Part shown: positions 1-10,779 of the stretch, in pieces
How positions within the stretch are numbered: position 1 is the first letter of the stretch
How the letters are laid out: each line of letters begins with the position of its first letter
Assembly (NCBI GenBank): GCA_030167865.1
Contig: JALAGF010005801.1
Coordinates: 1 to 52,648 of the forward strand
Origin: Craspedostauros australis
Taxonomy: Eukaryota
Direction of reading: 5' to 3'
Length of the DNA: 52,648 nucleotides
Position numbers and translations under genes: made by a program
Notes under the pieces: model-generated
The model's input: the letters and a program-made list of their open reading frames with translations, nothing else
What the model was told of the DNA's origin: nothing
Databases searched by the model: none

Positions 1-2
1 AC

Positions 3-995
3 ATCAAGACCGCCCGCCAACTCTACGAAGCACTGAAAGCCGGTAGCATCGCAGGGACAACAACGGTGCTTGTTAACGCGTCGTTCCTCCCAGGCAACAT
101 CACCACGCTTCCAGGCGCACCAAAAAGACGATTCCGAGCGTCTGGACAACAGGTACGTCAAACTCACGAGGTGAAGTATGATGATGACCAGGCACGGTTG
201 GTGGCTGCATCTGGTATCACGGAAGACGTTGTGGTCAAGAGCGCTGAATGGAAAGGGTGGATCATCAACGAGTTGGGCGTCATCGAGGACAGAACAATCA
301 CGTCCGACAAGCTGCCGATAGCGTCCGAATCGTTCAGGAAGACGGACAAGACACGAAAACTCGGGCGCACAGCAGCAGAGAGCAAGGCGCTGGCGTTCGG
401 CAAAGCCATCGCAGACGGACAACAACATCTACCATCCGATCACACCACAGCGCTACAAGACCAGACCGCAGAAACAGAACATCCACCACTTGCAGTGCCA
501 GGCTGGGCGAGCAAAACAACGCGCAAACCAGCAGAACTACCAGACTACATCGCGGACAAATTGAAGGGCATCAGTGAAGCGTCCGCGAAGGACCCAAAAA
601 ACAGACCGTCCGAACACGAAGCACACGAGCAATTGATGGACAGTGAAAAAGCCAAAACTGACTGGTACGTACAACTGCACGCAAATCCCATGCGCGTGAA
701 AGCTTCGCTGTCGGCGGCGTACAACGCCAAACAACGCAAAGAAAAGAAGCAGGCTGCCCTCATCAAGGCAGAAACCAACACCAACACCAACCCAACAGCA
801 TCTGCAATCGTGGAGACCCACGATGCGCCAGCTGAAACACAGGAGGAACGAAGAGAGGAGGAGTTGCAGAGAGCAGAAGAGGAACTTGAGAATCAGATGT
901 GGTGTGATGCTGACACACTGAAGGCCAACACAGAAAGTGAGGCTGTGTTGGATGATGAGACGGAAAATTGTGATGGGCATGTACTGCAGCGATAA
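3..995 (+). mobile_element. C-terminal part of a putative DNA transposase (Sola3-like), 5'-truncated by the window edge
   Basis: The frame is open from base 3 (xIKTARQLYEALKAGSIAGTTTVLVN; bases 1-2 'ac' fit a preceding GAC Asp) to TAA at 993-995. The motifs DI.TA.Q..EA, GWA.KTT.K and the following helical segment ending RVKASLS...K.RK resemble what I recall of Sola3-type transposase C-termini. The catalytic core lies outside the window. Confidence 0.5.
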
Positions 996-2117
996 CACTA
1001 GTTGTGGAGTTTTGTGGGTGGCAGACCATGCTACGAAATCGAGTCTAGAGGCCATCCAAAAAGCACATCCAATAACTGCTTGTCATGCCATATCTCAACA
1101 ACAAAACGCTTAAAATTAAATCTAAACATTGCGCTCAGACGCCTGGCTATAGTTTAATCAGAATATCGAAGTTAAATGAGTATTGAAAATATTTTGGAAG
1201 TCATGTTGGTTTGCTGTGTTTTGTGTGGTCGATTCGAAAAAATTGTTGATGCCACAATGTTGCCCTCCAATGAACACACATGATCATCATCATCATCCTT
1301 GTATTTCATCAAACTGAGCATATCATTCGCTCTGCATACCCCCCAGCTATCCAATCCATGAAGCATTGCCCCAGATACCTGCATTGCACACCCCAAAGTT
1401 TCTCTGCACTGAAAACGAGCAATTTCAAAAACCCATTCGCAATCCGGATGTGGTGTGGATGAGGGTCCATATCTCATCCATACAACCCTTTCATCCCCTC
1501 CACATGCCCCTCGTGCGTTCCCACACTCCCTGGCAACATGCTGATGCATCCAGAATGGGCTGAGCATGCATGCCACTGACGGCACACCTCTGTATGGTGA
1601 TGCCATGGCACATTCTCATGCGCCCGCCAACAACGACCATTCACCACATATTCTTGGCTGTGGCCTCTTCCAGACAACTTCAGCATGTCGTACTTCGCCA
1701 CGCCCACATTCGGCCAATTTCTGACACATCTTGTATGGGCGGCTTGGTGATGGTGCCCCTCACAGCCAAAGCCACATGATGTGTACCCCCACGATCCACC
1801 GCCAAAACTTTTTCCCTCCACGTTTGCCTCCGTGCGGACACCTTCCTGGTCGTCCCCGAGCCTCAAACTTCGTGGGAGCCTTGGTCCTGCCCTTGTGGAT
1901 GCGCCTTGCCCCTCCATGGGCGCTGGTATGGACTGTGTATGGAATACACATGCCACATCCAACGAGCCCATTTGGCGTCAACACATGACGTTTGCGCGGG
2001 GACCTGCCGCGGCCCCAAATCAACCGCTATCGCAACCCCCTCTCGCCCACCCACCAAGGGTTGCATGGCGGAGATAGTGATGCGCTTGGATTTTGGAATG
2101 GCCCGCTGCTCGGTGCG

Positions 2118-2126
2118 NNNNNNNNN
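2118..2126. other. Assembly gap (9 N)
   Basis: Run of N in the sequence. Confidence 0.99.
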
Positions 2127-2405
2127 ATGCCGTTGGATGGCCATTGTGGAGGTTTTTTGTTTCGCAACACCATTGTCATGCCGTTGTGTCGTGTTTGGCA
2201 CTCTCAACCAGTTGCACATACTGGGGGTTGCGGCGGTTACCAATAATTGTACCAAATGCGCGAGGAAAGCACGACACAAAACACTTCGAGAGTACCAACC
2301 CCACTCAACCATCCCGTAACAACGAAACACAGATGACGATGTTTCACATCGTGCTGTGATTGGTGGTTCATGACGCAGCCGCTAGTTTGGTGACGTCGAT
2401 GACGG

Positions 2406-2455
2406 NNNNNNNNNNNNNNNNNNNNNNNNNNNNNNNNNNNNNNNNNNNNNNNNNN
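2406..2455. other. Assembly gap (50 N) flanked by an identical 43-bp sequence on each side
   Basis: gtggttcatgacgcagccgctagtttggtgacgtcgatgacgg occurs at 2363-2405 and again at 2456-2498. Confidence 0.97.
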
Positions 2456-3385
2456 GTGGTTCATGACGCAGCCGCTAGTTTGGTGACGTCGATGACGGAT
2501 TGGACAAGCCCATGATGGAATGAATGAAAACGCGCACCCGCCGCTTCTCCCAAATCTCTACAACTAGTGTTATCGTGGACGGACTGTTGGATCGTCTCAT
2601 CAGCACACCTCAAAAAGAGACTAAACAATTCAAAATGGGAACAACCTTGCTGAAACAAAGAACAGCAAAGGGTTAAATTGGATCGATGTAGTCGTAGCCA
2701 ACAGGCCGAAACCCGAAAGAGATCGAATAATGCACACATCCATCGGTCCATAAAACTTAAAATACGACCATCCTCAGAACTGAAATGGATCAGTATATGT
2801 TTTAGATCTACGAGGATTATGAATATGGGCTTAGTTTGGAAATCTGAGGAAAAAAGGTTGTACTGATGATTGCAAAGTGCAGGTCGACTCACTGATCGGG
2901 CTCATATACAATAGCAGTTTTAGCATCAAGGGTGGCTGGGGTGGCGGAGTTTCGCAGATGTGATTTGTGACGAATGGGGCAGAGCAGACCCATGGAATGG
3001 TTCGTTCACCTCCCTTTCCAGACACAAACAGGGTATAGTACATCTCGCGAATGCTCGTGAGACGTGAAGACACTTGGCATTGGTAGAAGCCACATCTCCA
3101 CGCCCGTGGAAAAAAGACCACACGCTGAAAACAGAAGGACGTCTCTTGGGAGTGTTGGAGGCATAGGCCTCTGCAGATCTCGAGGTCTCGTACAAGCAAA
3201 ACAGTCCGACCGCGCCAGAATCACGCTCGTGGTTGCTTCGTCATTCACATCACCCTGCGTTCGCACAAACGGAAAAAGAACAAGAGTGGTGCAGCGTTGG
3301 GGCATTTCGATGCATGTCGCGAAGATGGGTGCAGAATGGTTTGGGTTTGGGTTCGGCATCAGATGAAACTGCCGGCTCGGTGGCA

Positions 3386-3520
3386 TGAGTGTGAGTGTGA
3401 GTGTCAGCACCGCTACTCTGCTCTCGAGCACTTTACTCTACTCTACTCTACTCTCCAGAGAGTGATAGTACGCGGATACAGAGCAACGTGGTTGAACAGT
3501 GCAGTGCAGTGCAGTGCAGG
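3386..3520. repeat. Cluster of microsatellites: (TGAGTG)3, (TACTC)4, (CAGTG)4
   Basis: Read directly at about 3386-3404, 3434-3453 and 3497-3519. Confidence 0.9.
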
Positions 3521-5667
3521 GCAGAGTATGAACTCGTAGGGTACAATGAAACAGACCAGACCGTAGAAGAGCGAGTAGGTATGATGTGGCGCAATAGGCG
3601 TAGCGTTGGTATTCATTCTTATCAGTATCCGCACCTGTGGTTGTACACTCGTAGAGTGCATTCGATGCTTACGACTAGAGAGCAATATATCTCACGCCTA
3701 TCGCCGCAACGTGTTGGAAATGCGGAGGAGCATGCACGAGTAAGATCTGAATTATTGTACCACACTACTCGCACTCAGCCCGTGCAGGTACACAATGGCA
3801 ATACCGGAAGGAGCCATGATAACATCAAACATTCATTCCATGCCGCTCGTTGGACAGTCGGTATAGTACATGCCCACAAACACCATCCCAAGGAAAGTTG
3901 TCGTGGAGGCCTTCACTCTTTCGTGGTCGTGCTGACTGGCCATCGAGCTCGCAGTCGTAGTCGTAGTCGTATGGCACCAAGAACACCACTTTCGGTTGCA
4001 CCAACGACAACGACAACGACAACAGCAACATCAACAGTACCAGCAAACATGGCAGGCCGACACCAGTTCCACAAATACGAGTATGCGGAGCATTCGTACA
4101 TACACAGCTCATACTGTGCTCGTCCTCCACGAATCTGTTGGAGCATTCGGGTGGTACCGAATTGAGGCTGGTCACAAAAAGTGACCTGCGGCGACCTCGA
4201 AAAGCGAACGCTACCGCCTTTCCACTCCAAACTCGTGGATCTTGCTTGCTGTTCAGTCTCCAGCCTTCGGGCTGTCAAGAACGCCAGTCTCTGGTGTGAT
4301 GTTCACGCTATACATACTTCGTATTTGTACGAATTGGCTCAACTGTCGTCGTCGTCACTTCGAACACCGAACATGACCACGCACGTTTGAGCTCTATTTC
4401 ATTACAACCGCATGATGCCACACCAGGAGATGAGCACAGAAGTGCGCATACAATGATCTGGTACGCGCCTGCGGTACGAGTGCAAGGATCCAGCTTGGCT
4501 ACCAAAAAGCACTTCGCACAATTGAGGAGATCTGGGAGCGCATCAGGCTCATGCTCAGTGTGACCCTTCATCTCGATCCAACAATATCTACCTTCCATTG
4601 ATAGCATGTGATTTAGAAGCACAGAGATGAGGACAGACGTTACACTGGGCACGTTGATTTGACCTCTCAGATTAACTCAGGAAATCCAGTCACGTATTGT
4701 GTATCTCCGACGATGGACAGACGCAGTCGTGCCACATGGTAGCAGAACACTTGGATAGACTGACAGACAGACACGAAGTGAATATTGTGCTGCTGTCACA
4801 AACGGACAGTTTGGTGACCGACATACAAGTACTGTACACAAACATACATACAATTATGCATACAGACAGACAAACACACAGACAGACAGGAACACTACCT
4901 CTCTACTCTCTAGGACTTAGGATCGTGGCGAGCGCCCGTCGAGTACGATCTCTGCACCCGTACACCCCCTCCGTCAGCACAGAATCGCAGCTCGCCACGT
5001 TGCTTCGTGCTCGAGCACCAGTGCTGATGAGGCAGAGGAGATTACGAGGAATAGCGCCCGATCTGAGGTATTTAGAGTAGTGTGCTTCGGAGCGCCGAGT
5101 AGAGTGCATTGAAGCAGACTACCGTTGACGGATGTAATGCACTCTACCAGTACTCTTGTTATACTCGTAGTCAAGCTCGCACTCCTACATACACTATCTG
5201 TACATGATGCTGTTGGGAACAGGGTGAGTGAATACAGGATCGAATCGTGCTGTGCTCTGCGTGTCGTGGCATTCTCGTGTCGTTGGTAGTGTAGCTCGTA
5301 TACTGGTATGTACGCTACTGTGTGCAGGCTGTTGAACAGTCGGTAACTCCGCCACCCAGCATGGAGTACATCTTCTCGAATAACCTCTGGAGACCTGTTA
5401 GTAACGGGCGCGTACGAGCCACCACACGTGCTGCAAACATTTTGGTGTGATGGCAAGCCAACATCTGGGTTGCCTATGTATTATACCAGATGTATGTACG
5501 CTTGAGAGTAGTTTATCGCAAACTACTTGTGCAGTGTCAGCCCCAGGACTTGACGGATGCGCACCACCATTCGTTTTTTTTTGGACACCTTGCCTCTTTG
5601 TGGGGGCCTCGCGTCCACCTTCTTTCTCACTCTCGAGCACGGGTGGCCCGGATGACAGCGGATGGAT

Positions 5668-7884
5668 TCAGACGAAATATCCTTGGCGAACCATGCATTC
5701 ATCCCGCAACGCGACACCTTGCAAGACCTGCTTCTCCATCTTTCGGATGTCTTTCTTTTCCCTCTGCTTGGCGTAGGAGCTCGCGACCATGCCGCCGGCC
5801 GTCGCGCCGACCACGATGCCGATGGGCCCCAGGACGACGCCAGCGACGGCGCCGCTGACGATCCCGCGAACGACGCGCTTGCGTCGCTGCTTGTGGAGCT
5901 TGTACAGAGGATCGGACTTGTCGATGATGCGAACGGATTTGGGTATCGTTGGGGCAGTTCCATCGGTATCGTCGGGCATGTCGCCGTTCTTCTCACCGTT
6001 GGAGTTGCTGCTGTCGTCGCCGTCCATTTTCGTCCTGTTGTTCTTCCTGAAAGATTTGAGATCGGGGAGAGACTGGGTGGATCGGACGGTGCGCATTGTT
6101 CGGACACTTTCCGCAACGGTGGCGTTTGACGAGGCTGCTTGCGCCTTCGCTTCGAAGGGCCTGGATCTCGCATGGTCCATTTTGAACCCATACAAATCCG
6201 AGGACGCCGATCTCTGTCTGGTGTAATCTCCTTCAGAGCCCCTTGTCGTGGCCAGCCCATAAGAAGACCCGAAAGCTGACGAAGCGCCGTGTTTCTGCGC
6301 CGAATCCATGTCGTTGAGCTGCTCGTACTGATCGGGATGGTCTCCATCACTTTCCAGGAGCGTTCCCTTTTCATGGGGGCCGTGCCTGGAATGGCGCTGA
6401 CGACGATGAGCGCGACGCAGGTGGTTGCGATCGGGTGTGTCGCGGAGGTAGGTTGCATGCGCGGCGCTGCGATCAGTGCTGCTTCCATCGTCGCTTTGCT
6501 GAAAGGATGAGGCTGGAGATATGGTGGCGTCGTAGTCCAGAGTGTTCTCCTGCGAATGGATGTCTTCATCAGTCGAGAGTGTGCCATTGTCATTGTGATT
6601 ATGGTCGTCGCCGTCGCCGTTGTCGTTGTCGTTGATGTTGCCGTTGTTGATTGCATTGAGACCGTGGCTGGCATTGGTCTGCTGGTTGGTGGCATCATCG
6701 GTGGCGTGCAGGCCTTGCCTTTGTCTGCGCTGGGTGCGGTGAAAATTGGAGCTCCTGCCTTCGTCAACATTCAATGGCTGATGCAAGCATCCGGCTTGAG
6801 TTGTTGCATCCACGAGGAGATCCATCTGATCAGGTTGAACCTGTGGTTGTTGCAGCAGTGCCGTGGATGGATCGCCTCGGTTGTGGTTGAGATTACTCGT
6901 TTGTGTGCCATGCAGTCCATTGGCGAGATTATTTGCAGCGTCGTCTGCAAGCAGATCGTCATGAGGTTGGCCGTCGGCACCAATGGGAATGCTGCTGACA
7001 TTGGTGTCATGCGCACTGCGACTATCAGAATCCTCAGGTTCATCTTCAGCATCGGAAGGAGCGTCACCGTTGCGACTGCTGGCACTATTGTTGTCGCTGA
7101 TGCTGCCATTTTCGCTGTCTCTGTCATTGTGACTATGGCTGCTGGTGCTATTGTCGCCGTCTCCGTCTCCGTCGCTGTCACTAGCACTGTTGCTACTTGC
7201 GCGGTTGTTCCGCCTACGGGCATGGTGAGGAGCGGCAGCAGCCGCAGCATGAGGACGATCATTCGGATCCATCCGCTCCGTGATCTGAATTCTGTCATCA
7301 AAGTTGTCCGAGGCAATCCAGGATGTGTTGGACGAGGAGTATATCCTGGACCTGGGTGGCGGCGTTCGTCTCTGTATGTCACCATCGGGCGTGATGGTGT
7401 ACGCACCGTAATCGTTGTTGGCTCGTTCTGAGTGAGCGGGACGTTCGGATGTGGAGGCTGATGGAATCCCCGTTGACAGATCCGCGTCATCCGCACTGCG
7501 GCTTCTGCTGATCCGCGTGGGGGTCACCATTGCCGATGCATGATGAGATCTGGAGACTGGATGTGCCCACACTCTGCGCTCGTTTGCCACTGTCCTAGGC
7601 ATGGTCATGGGCGCTGGCATGGACATGATCATGGACATGGTCATGTTTGTCGTCGCTGGTGCTGTCGCAGATACTGTATGAGTAGATGATGCAGATGGAA
7701 GTGGCGATGTGAACTGTGATACGTTCAATTGAGGTTGAGATTGGGGTTGTGGCTGCGTCGTCCTTTGCAATGTGGGTGGACTCATGAGGGAAGCCGAGGC
7801 GGCGGTTGGTGCAGAAGGGGGAAGCATCGGGGTTTGCACGCGCTCGGGCGATGATGGGAGAACTGCAGGCCTTCCAGGTACCAT
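5668..7884 (-). CDS. Low-complexity/disordered protein with a C-terminal glycine-zipper hydrophobic segment (~738 aa; start uncertain, ORF extends to 7974)
   Basis: Long ORF rich in S/D/N/P. The C-terminus RVVRGIVSGAVAGVVLGPIGIVVGATAGGMVASSYAKQREKK has GxxxG periodicity followed by a charged helix. The ATG at 7884 (MVPGRP) was chosen as the plausible start. Confidence 0.8.
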   Translation of the reverse strand: MVPGRPAVLPSSPERVQTPMLPPSAPTAASASLMSPPTLQRTTQPQPQSQPQLNVSQFTSPLPSASSTHTVSATAPATTNMTMSMIMSMPAPMTMPRTVANERRVWAHPVSRSHHASAMVTPTRISRSRSADDADLSTGIPSASTSERPAHSERANNDYGAYTITPDGDIQRRTPPPRSRIYSSSNTSWIASDNFDDRIQITERMDPNDRPHAAAAAAPHHARRRNNRASSNSASDSDGDGDGDNSTSSHSHNDRDSENGSISDNNSASSRNGDAPSDAEDEPEDSDSRSAHDTNVSSIPIGADGQPHDDLLADDAANNLANGLHGTQTSNLNHNRGDPSTALLQQPQVQPDQMDLLVDATTQAGCLHQPLNVDEGRSSNFHRTQRRQRQGLHATDDATNQQTNASHGLNAINNGNINDNDNGDGDDHNHNDNGTLSTDEDIHSQENTLDYDATISPASSFQQSDDGSSTDRSAAHATYLRDTPDRNHLRRAHRRQRHSRHGPHEKGTLLESDGDHPDQYEQLNDMDSAQKHGASSAFGSSYGLATTRGSEGDYTRQRSASSDLYGFKMDHARSRPFEAKAQAASSNATVAESVRTMRTVRSTQSLPDLKSFRKNNRTKMDGDDSSNSNGEKNGDMPDDTDGTAPTIPKSVRIIDKSDPLYKLHKQRRKRVVRGIVSGAVAGVVLGPIGIVVGATAGGMVASSYAKQREKKDIRKMEKQVLQGVALRDECMVRQGYFV

Positions 7885-8599
7885 ACCAATAAGGCTGTGT
7901 GTGCATTGAAACGTATTATATGATACGATAGGTGTAAGTTGATGTCTGTTGATGCAGAAAGCAGGCCCAATCATGGATTATGACCGAAGCCTGTGTGTGA
8001 TGTTTTGGGCGGCCTCCTTTGTTCTGTGTTTTGTTTGTCGGTCTTTTGGATTCCATCCCGCAGATCGCACGCGATGTACTCACGGTCACACCACTTGTGG
8101 GGTTTTGGACACTGGTTTGCTTCCTTTTGGGAGAAGCGGCGATTGAATATTTCTTTACATTTCGTGCACAGCGTTTCTGATCCGTCGTTTGCATCACAAG
8201 AAACGGATGCTGTGTTGTGGAATGCCAATCACAGCACAATGTGGAACATCATCGGCTGCAGGCAAAGCCGCCTACCCCTCCTGTGTGCATTCGATGCTGT
8301 GTCATGGTGTGCCTGGGATTGGTCAAGTCTTGTATTCTGGGCCAGATGGCCAGTCTAGGTCAAGAGGAGTACAGTGAACGGTTGCCGAACCCCAACCTGG
8401 GAGCTGTACTGCGTGACCACGTGCGTAGGGGCACGGAACTGCAGCAGAAAGAGAGGGAGGGTGGGTGACTCCACCATGGCACCTGCAGGGCTGGGACGAT
8501 GTCATATTCGCTGCTGTCGAATATGCGGCAGGAGACGCCTGTCATGACAGGCCAAGCTTGTACATGGGAATATGTGTATGTGTGTCATTCACCCATTGT

Positions 8600-9758
8600 T
8601 CTCTTATACTCCATGTGCAGATGGCACAACTATGTTCGTGTTGATAGTGAACTGTGATCTGTCAAAATCACATCACGAAATCAGACACACCAAAACATTC
8701 AGAATTTTGGAAGGAAATTTGTGAACAATCATTTCTGAGAGCATCAGGAAACCTGTCCATCCATCAACCTACAGAAGCATATGACATTGAGCAAGGATTG
8801 ATGTACTTCCCAACTAAACCTCAAATTACAATATCCTTGCTAGACCACTGCATCATCAAAGGAATATGGAATCTGAAGGACTGTGGAAGGTGACAGCTGA
8901 TGTTGACAAGATGTCATTGTGTCACCATGTTGACATCTGTCTCCACATCAGATCAAGAAGGCAGAGATTAAATGACTGAGTGACATCAAGCTCTTGGATA
9001 TACAAGGAGGAGTTTGGACAAGACATTGGCAACTACTTGTGGATTAGTGGGCCAGTAGAGGACAAGATGACAGAGTATGTATCGAATTTGGAGCATGTAT
9101 TGAATATGCAATATTGTGTAGTACCAACATGCAAGAGAGAGAGAGAGAATCTTTTGTGCTGACTCATAGTCAGGAGACTCTGAGACAGAATTGGAATACC
9201 AATGTAGTGAAATAGCAAACAGAATTGTAACCACCACCACCACCACCATTTTCAACATTCACAACAGGATCTGTGAGCGGAACTTGCCAACACATGGACA
9301 CTTTTTTGTGGTTTGGGTTGTTGGATGGCAAGCTCATGGGTCCATATTGCTTGTGTCTGTTGTTGAGAAATCTTCTAAAAGCATCTCCCAGTCTTTGGAT
9401 TTGCTGCTGATGCCTCTGTTTTGTCCTTGCTGTACCATTTTGCTCTGGTGCTCCACACATCCACCTGTCCATGTAGTTGATTGAATGTGGGCCTGTGGCT
9501 GTAGAGAATGGTTCGATGTTGCCTCCATACTTCCTCTCTGCTGTTCTCCACATACTTCTTCTTGGTCGATATTTGATGCAGAACTCATCTTGGGTTGGTG
9601 TTGCCATTTCTGGTTCATTTGACTCTGCTCTTTTTGCTGTTACACTACTGCAATGGGGTGGTTCCTTGCCTTGGGTGATGTTCTGAGGGGCTGGCTCTGT
9701 ACTGTTGTTGCTTTGGTGTGGAGATGGCCTGTTTTCAGGGTCCGCCATGGTCGATCCT
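8600..9758. other. CpG-depleted segment, probably a decayed methylated repeat/TE; includes an unidentified 192-aa ORF (9170-9748, -)
   Basis: About 5 CG dinucleotides by hand count in 8641-9720, with abundant TG/CA, whereas the flanks are CG-rich. No recognisable protein motif. Confidence 0.55.
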
Positions 9759-9801
9759 TACTTGATGGCAATGGTGATCATCATGTGAGCGCTGCAGTTG
9801 T

Positions 9802-9966
9802 TGACAACTTTCTCTGTACCTTCTTACCTCTTTACTAATCATATTAGTCCAAAATACTGGTCGGGGGATTGTCTTCGGACAACTCACAATAAAAGAACAA
9901 GAGCTCCGACCAGGGCACACAACAACGGGCCAATACGTCTACAGTAGTTACTTGTGCACTTTGACA
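9802..9966. mobile_element. Solo LTR-like insertion (165 bp, TG...CA) with 5-bp TSD GTTGT
   Basis: GTTGT(9797-9801) | TGACAAC...CTTTGACA | GTTGT(9967-9971). The ends form an imperfect inverted repeat. Paralogous units show a single GTTGT at the same site, e.g. catcatgtgagcgttgcg-gttgt-gacgat at 21342-21370. Confidence 0.8.
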
Positions 9967-10779
9967 GTTGTGACGATCTGTATCAGTATTCTGCAGCGAT
10001 GTCTGCAGCAGCACCACCACCATGGCCATCGTCGTCGTCACCACAGAACGAATCCCTCTCACGCACGCTCCGTGTTGATCAAAAGACTGATGGTTGATTC
10101 ATTCGCCACAGAGTTCGCAATGATTGGTGAGGCGAGATGAGTCCTGGATACGTTTTGTTGTGAATTGAAACACGAGTGGTGTCATCATTGTCGTCATCGT
10201 CACCATCCTCTCGACGAAACGTGAGAACCGCCTCTGATTTCCACGGAAGAAATCATCGTGGAGGATTCTTCGCATCGTGGATTTCTCACATCGTGGATCT
10301 GCCCATTGCATTCGTTCGATGACATTCAACCGTGGAAGAACTGTGTCGATCGGAGTATGTGTAGTATCGTGGTTGACTCCCCCAAGACCATCACAGAGGG
10401 ATGTACTCATATTACAAACTATGGTATCACATGAAGAGGCACAACTCCGCAGCGTGGCCAAGTTGGGCATCATCGAAGGTCGTATCGTGTGAGAGAGCGA
10501 GCTAGCCAGCCTCGGATCATGATGTGACTATCCACGGTCATATCACACCACACCATACACCGTGGTGGAACTGCGCAAGTCCATGAAGGCGTATTGACTG
10601 ACGACACGTTGCTTCGTGATCAATGCACAGGATCATGTAATGGAAGACAGCAAGCTTGAGCAGATGAGCTCATAATCGCCATCCAAGCGCAACTGATTTG
10701 AGGCTACATACTCTACCTGCTCTACAACCAACACTATCGACAGCCCCCACCATATACAGCATCGACAACACAAAGCAAG

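Noticed and set aside
3338..3356. Telomere-like ggtttgggtttgggttcgg
   Set aside because: Only 2-3 imperfect units, too short to call an interstitial telomeric repeat.
3401..4165. 254-aa ORF
   Set aside because: It is built partly from microsatellites, has a non-ATG start and atypical composition, and shows no motif.
4440..4900. Possible eroded copia RT/RNase H junction (DLVRACGTSAR...LHLDP) and GACA-rich LTR-like tract
   Set aside because: The resemblance is weak and needs several frameshifts. No TG...CA ends or TSD were found. A BLASTX hit would be required.
5523..7496. Overlapping ORFs 5523-6770 (-), 6556-7431 (+) and 6771-7496 (-)
   Set aside because: These are alternative-frame or antisense shadows of the low-complexity 5668-7884 gene.
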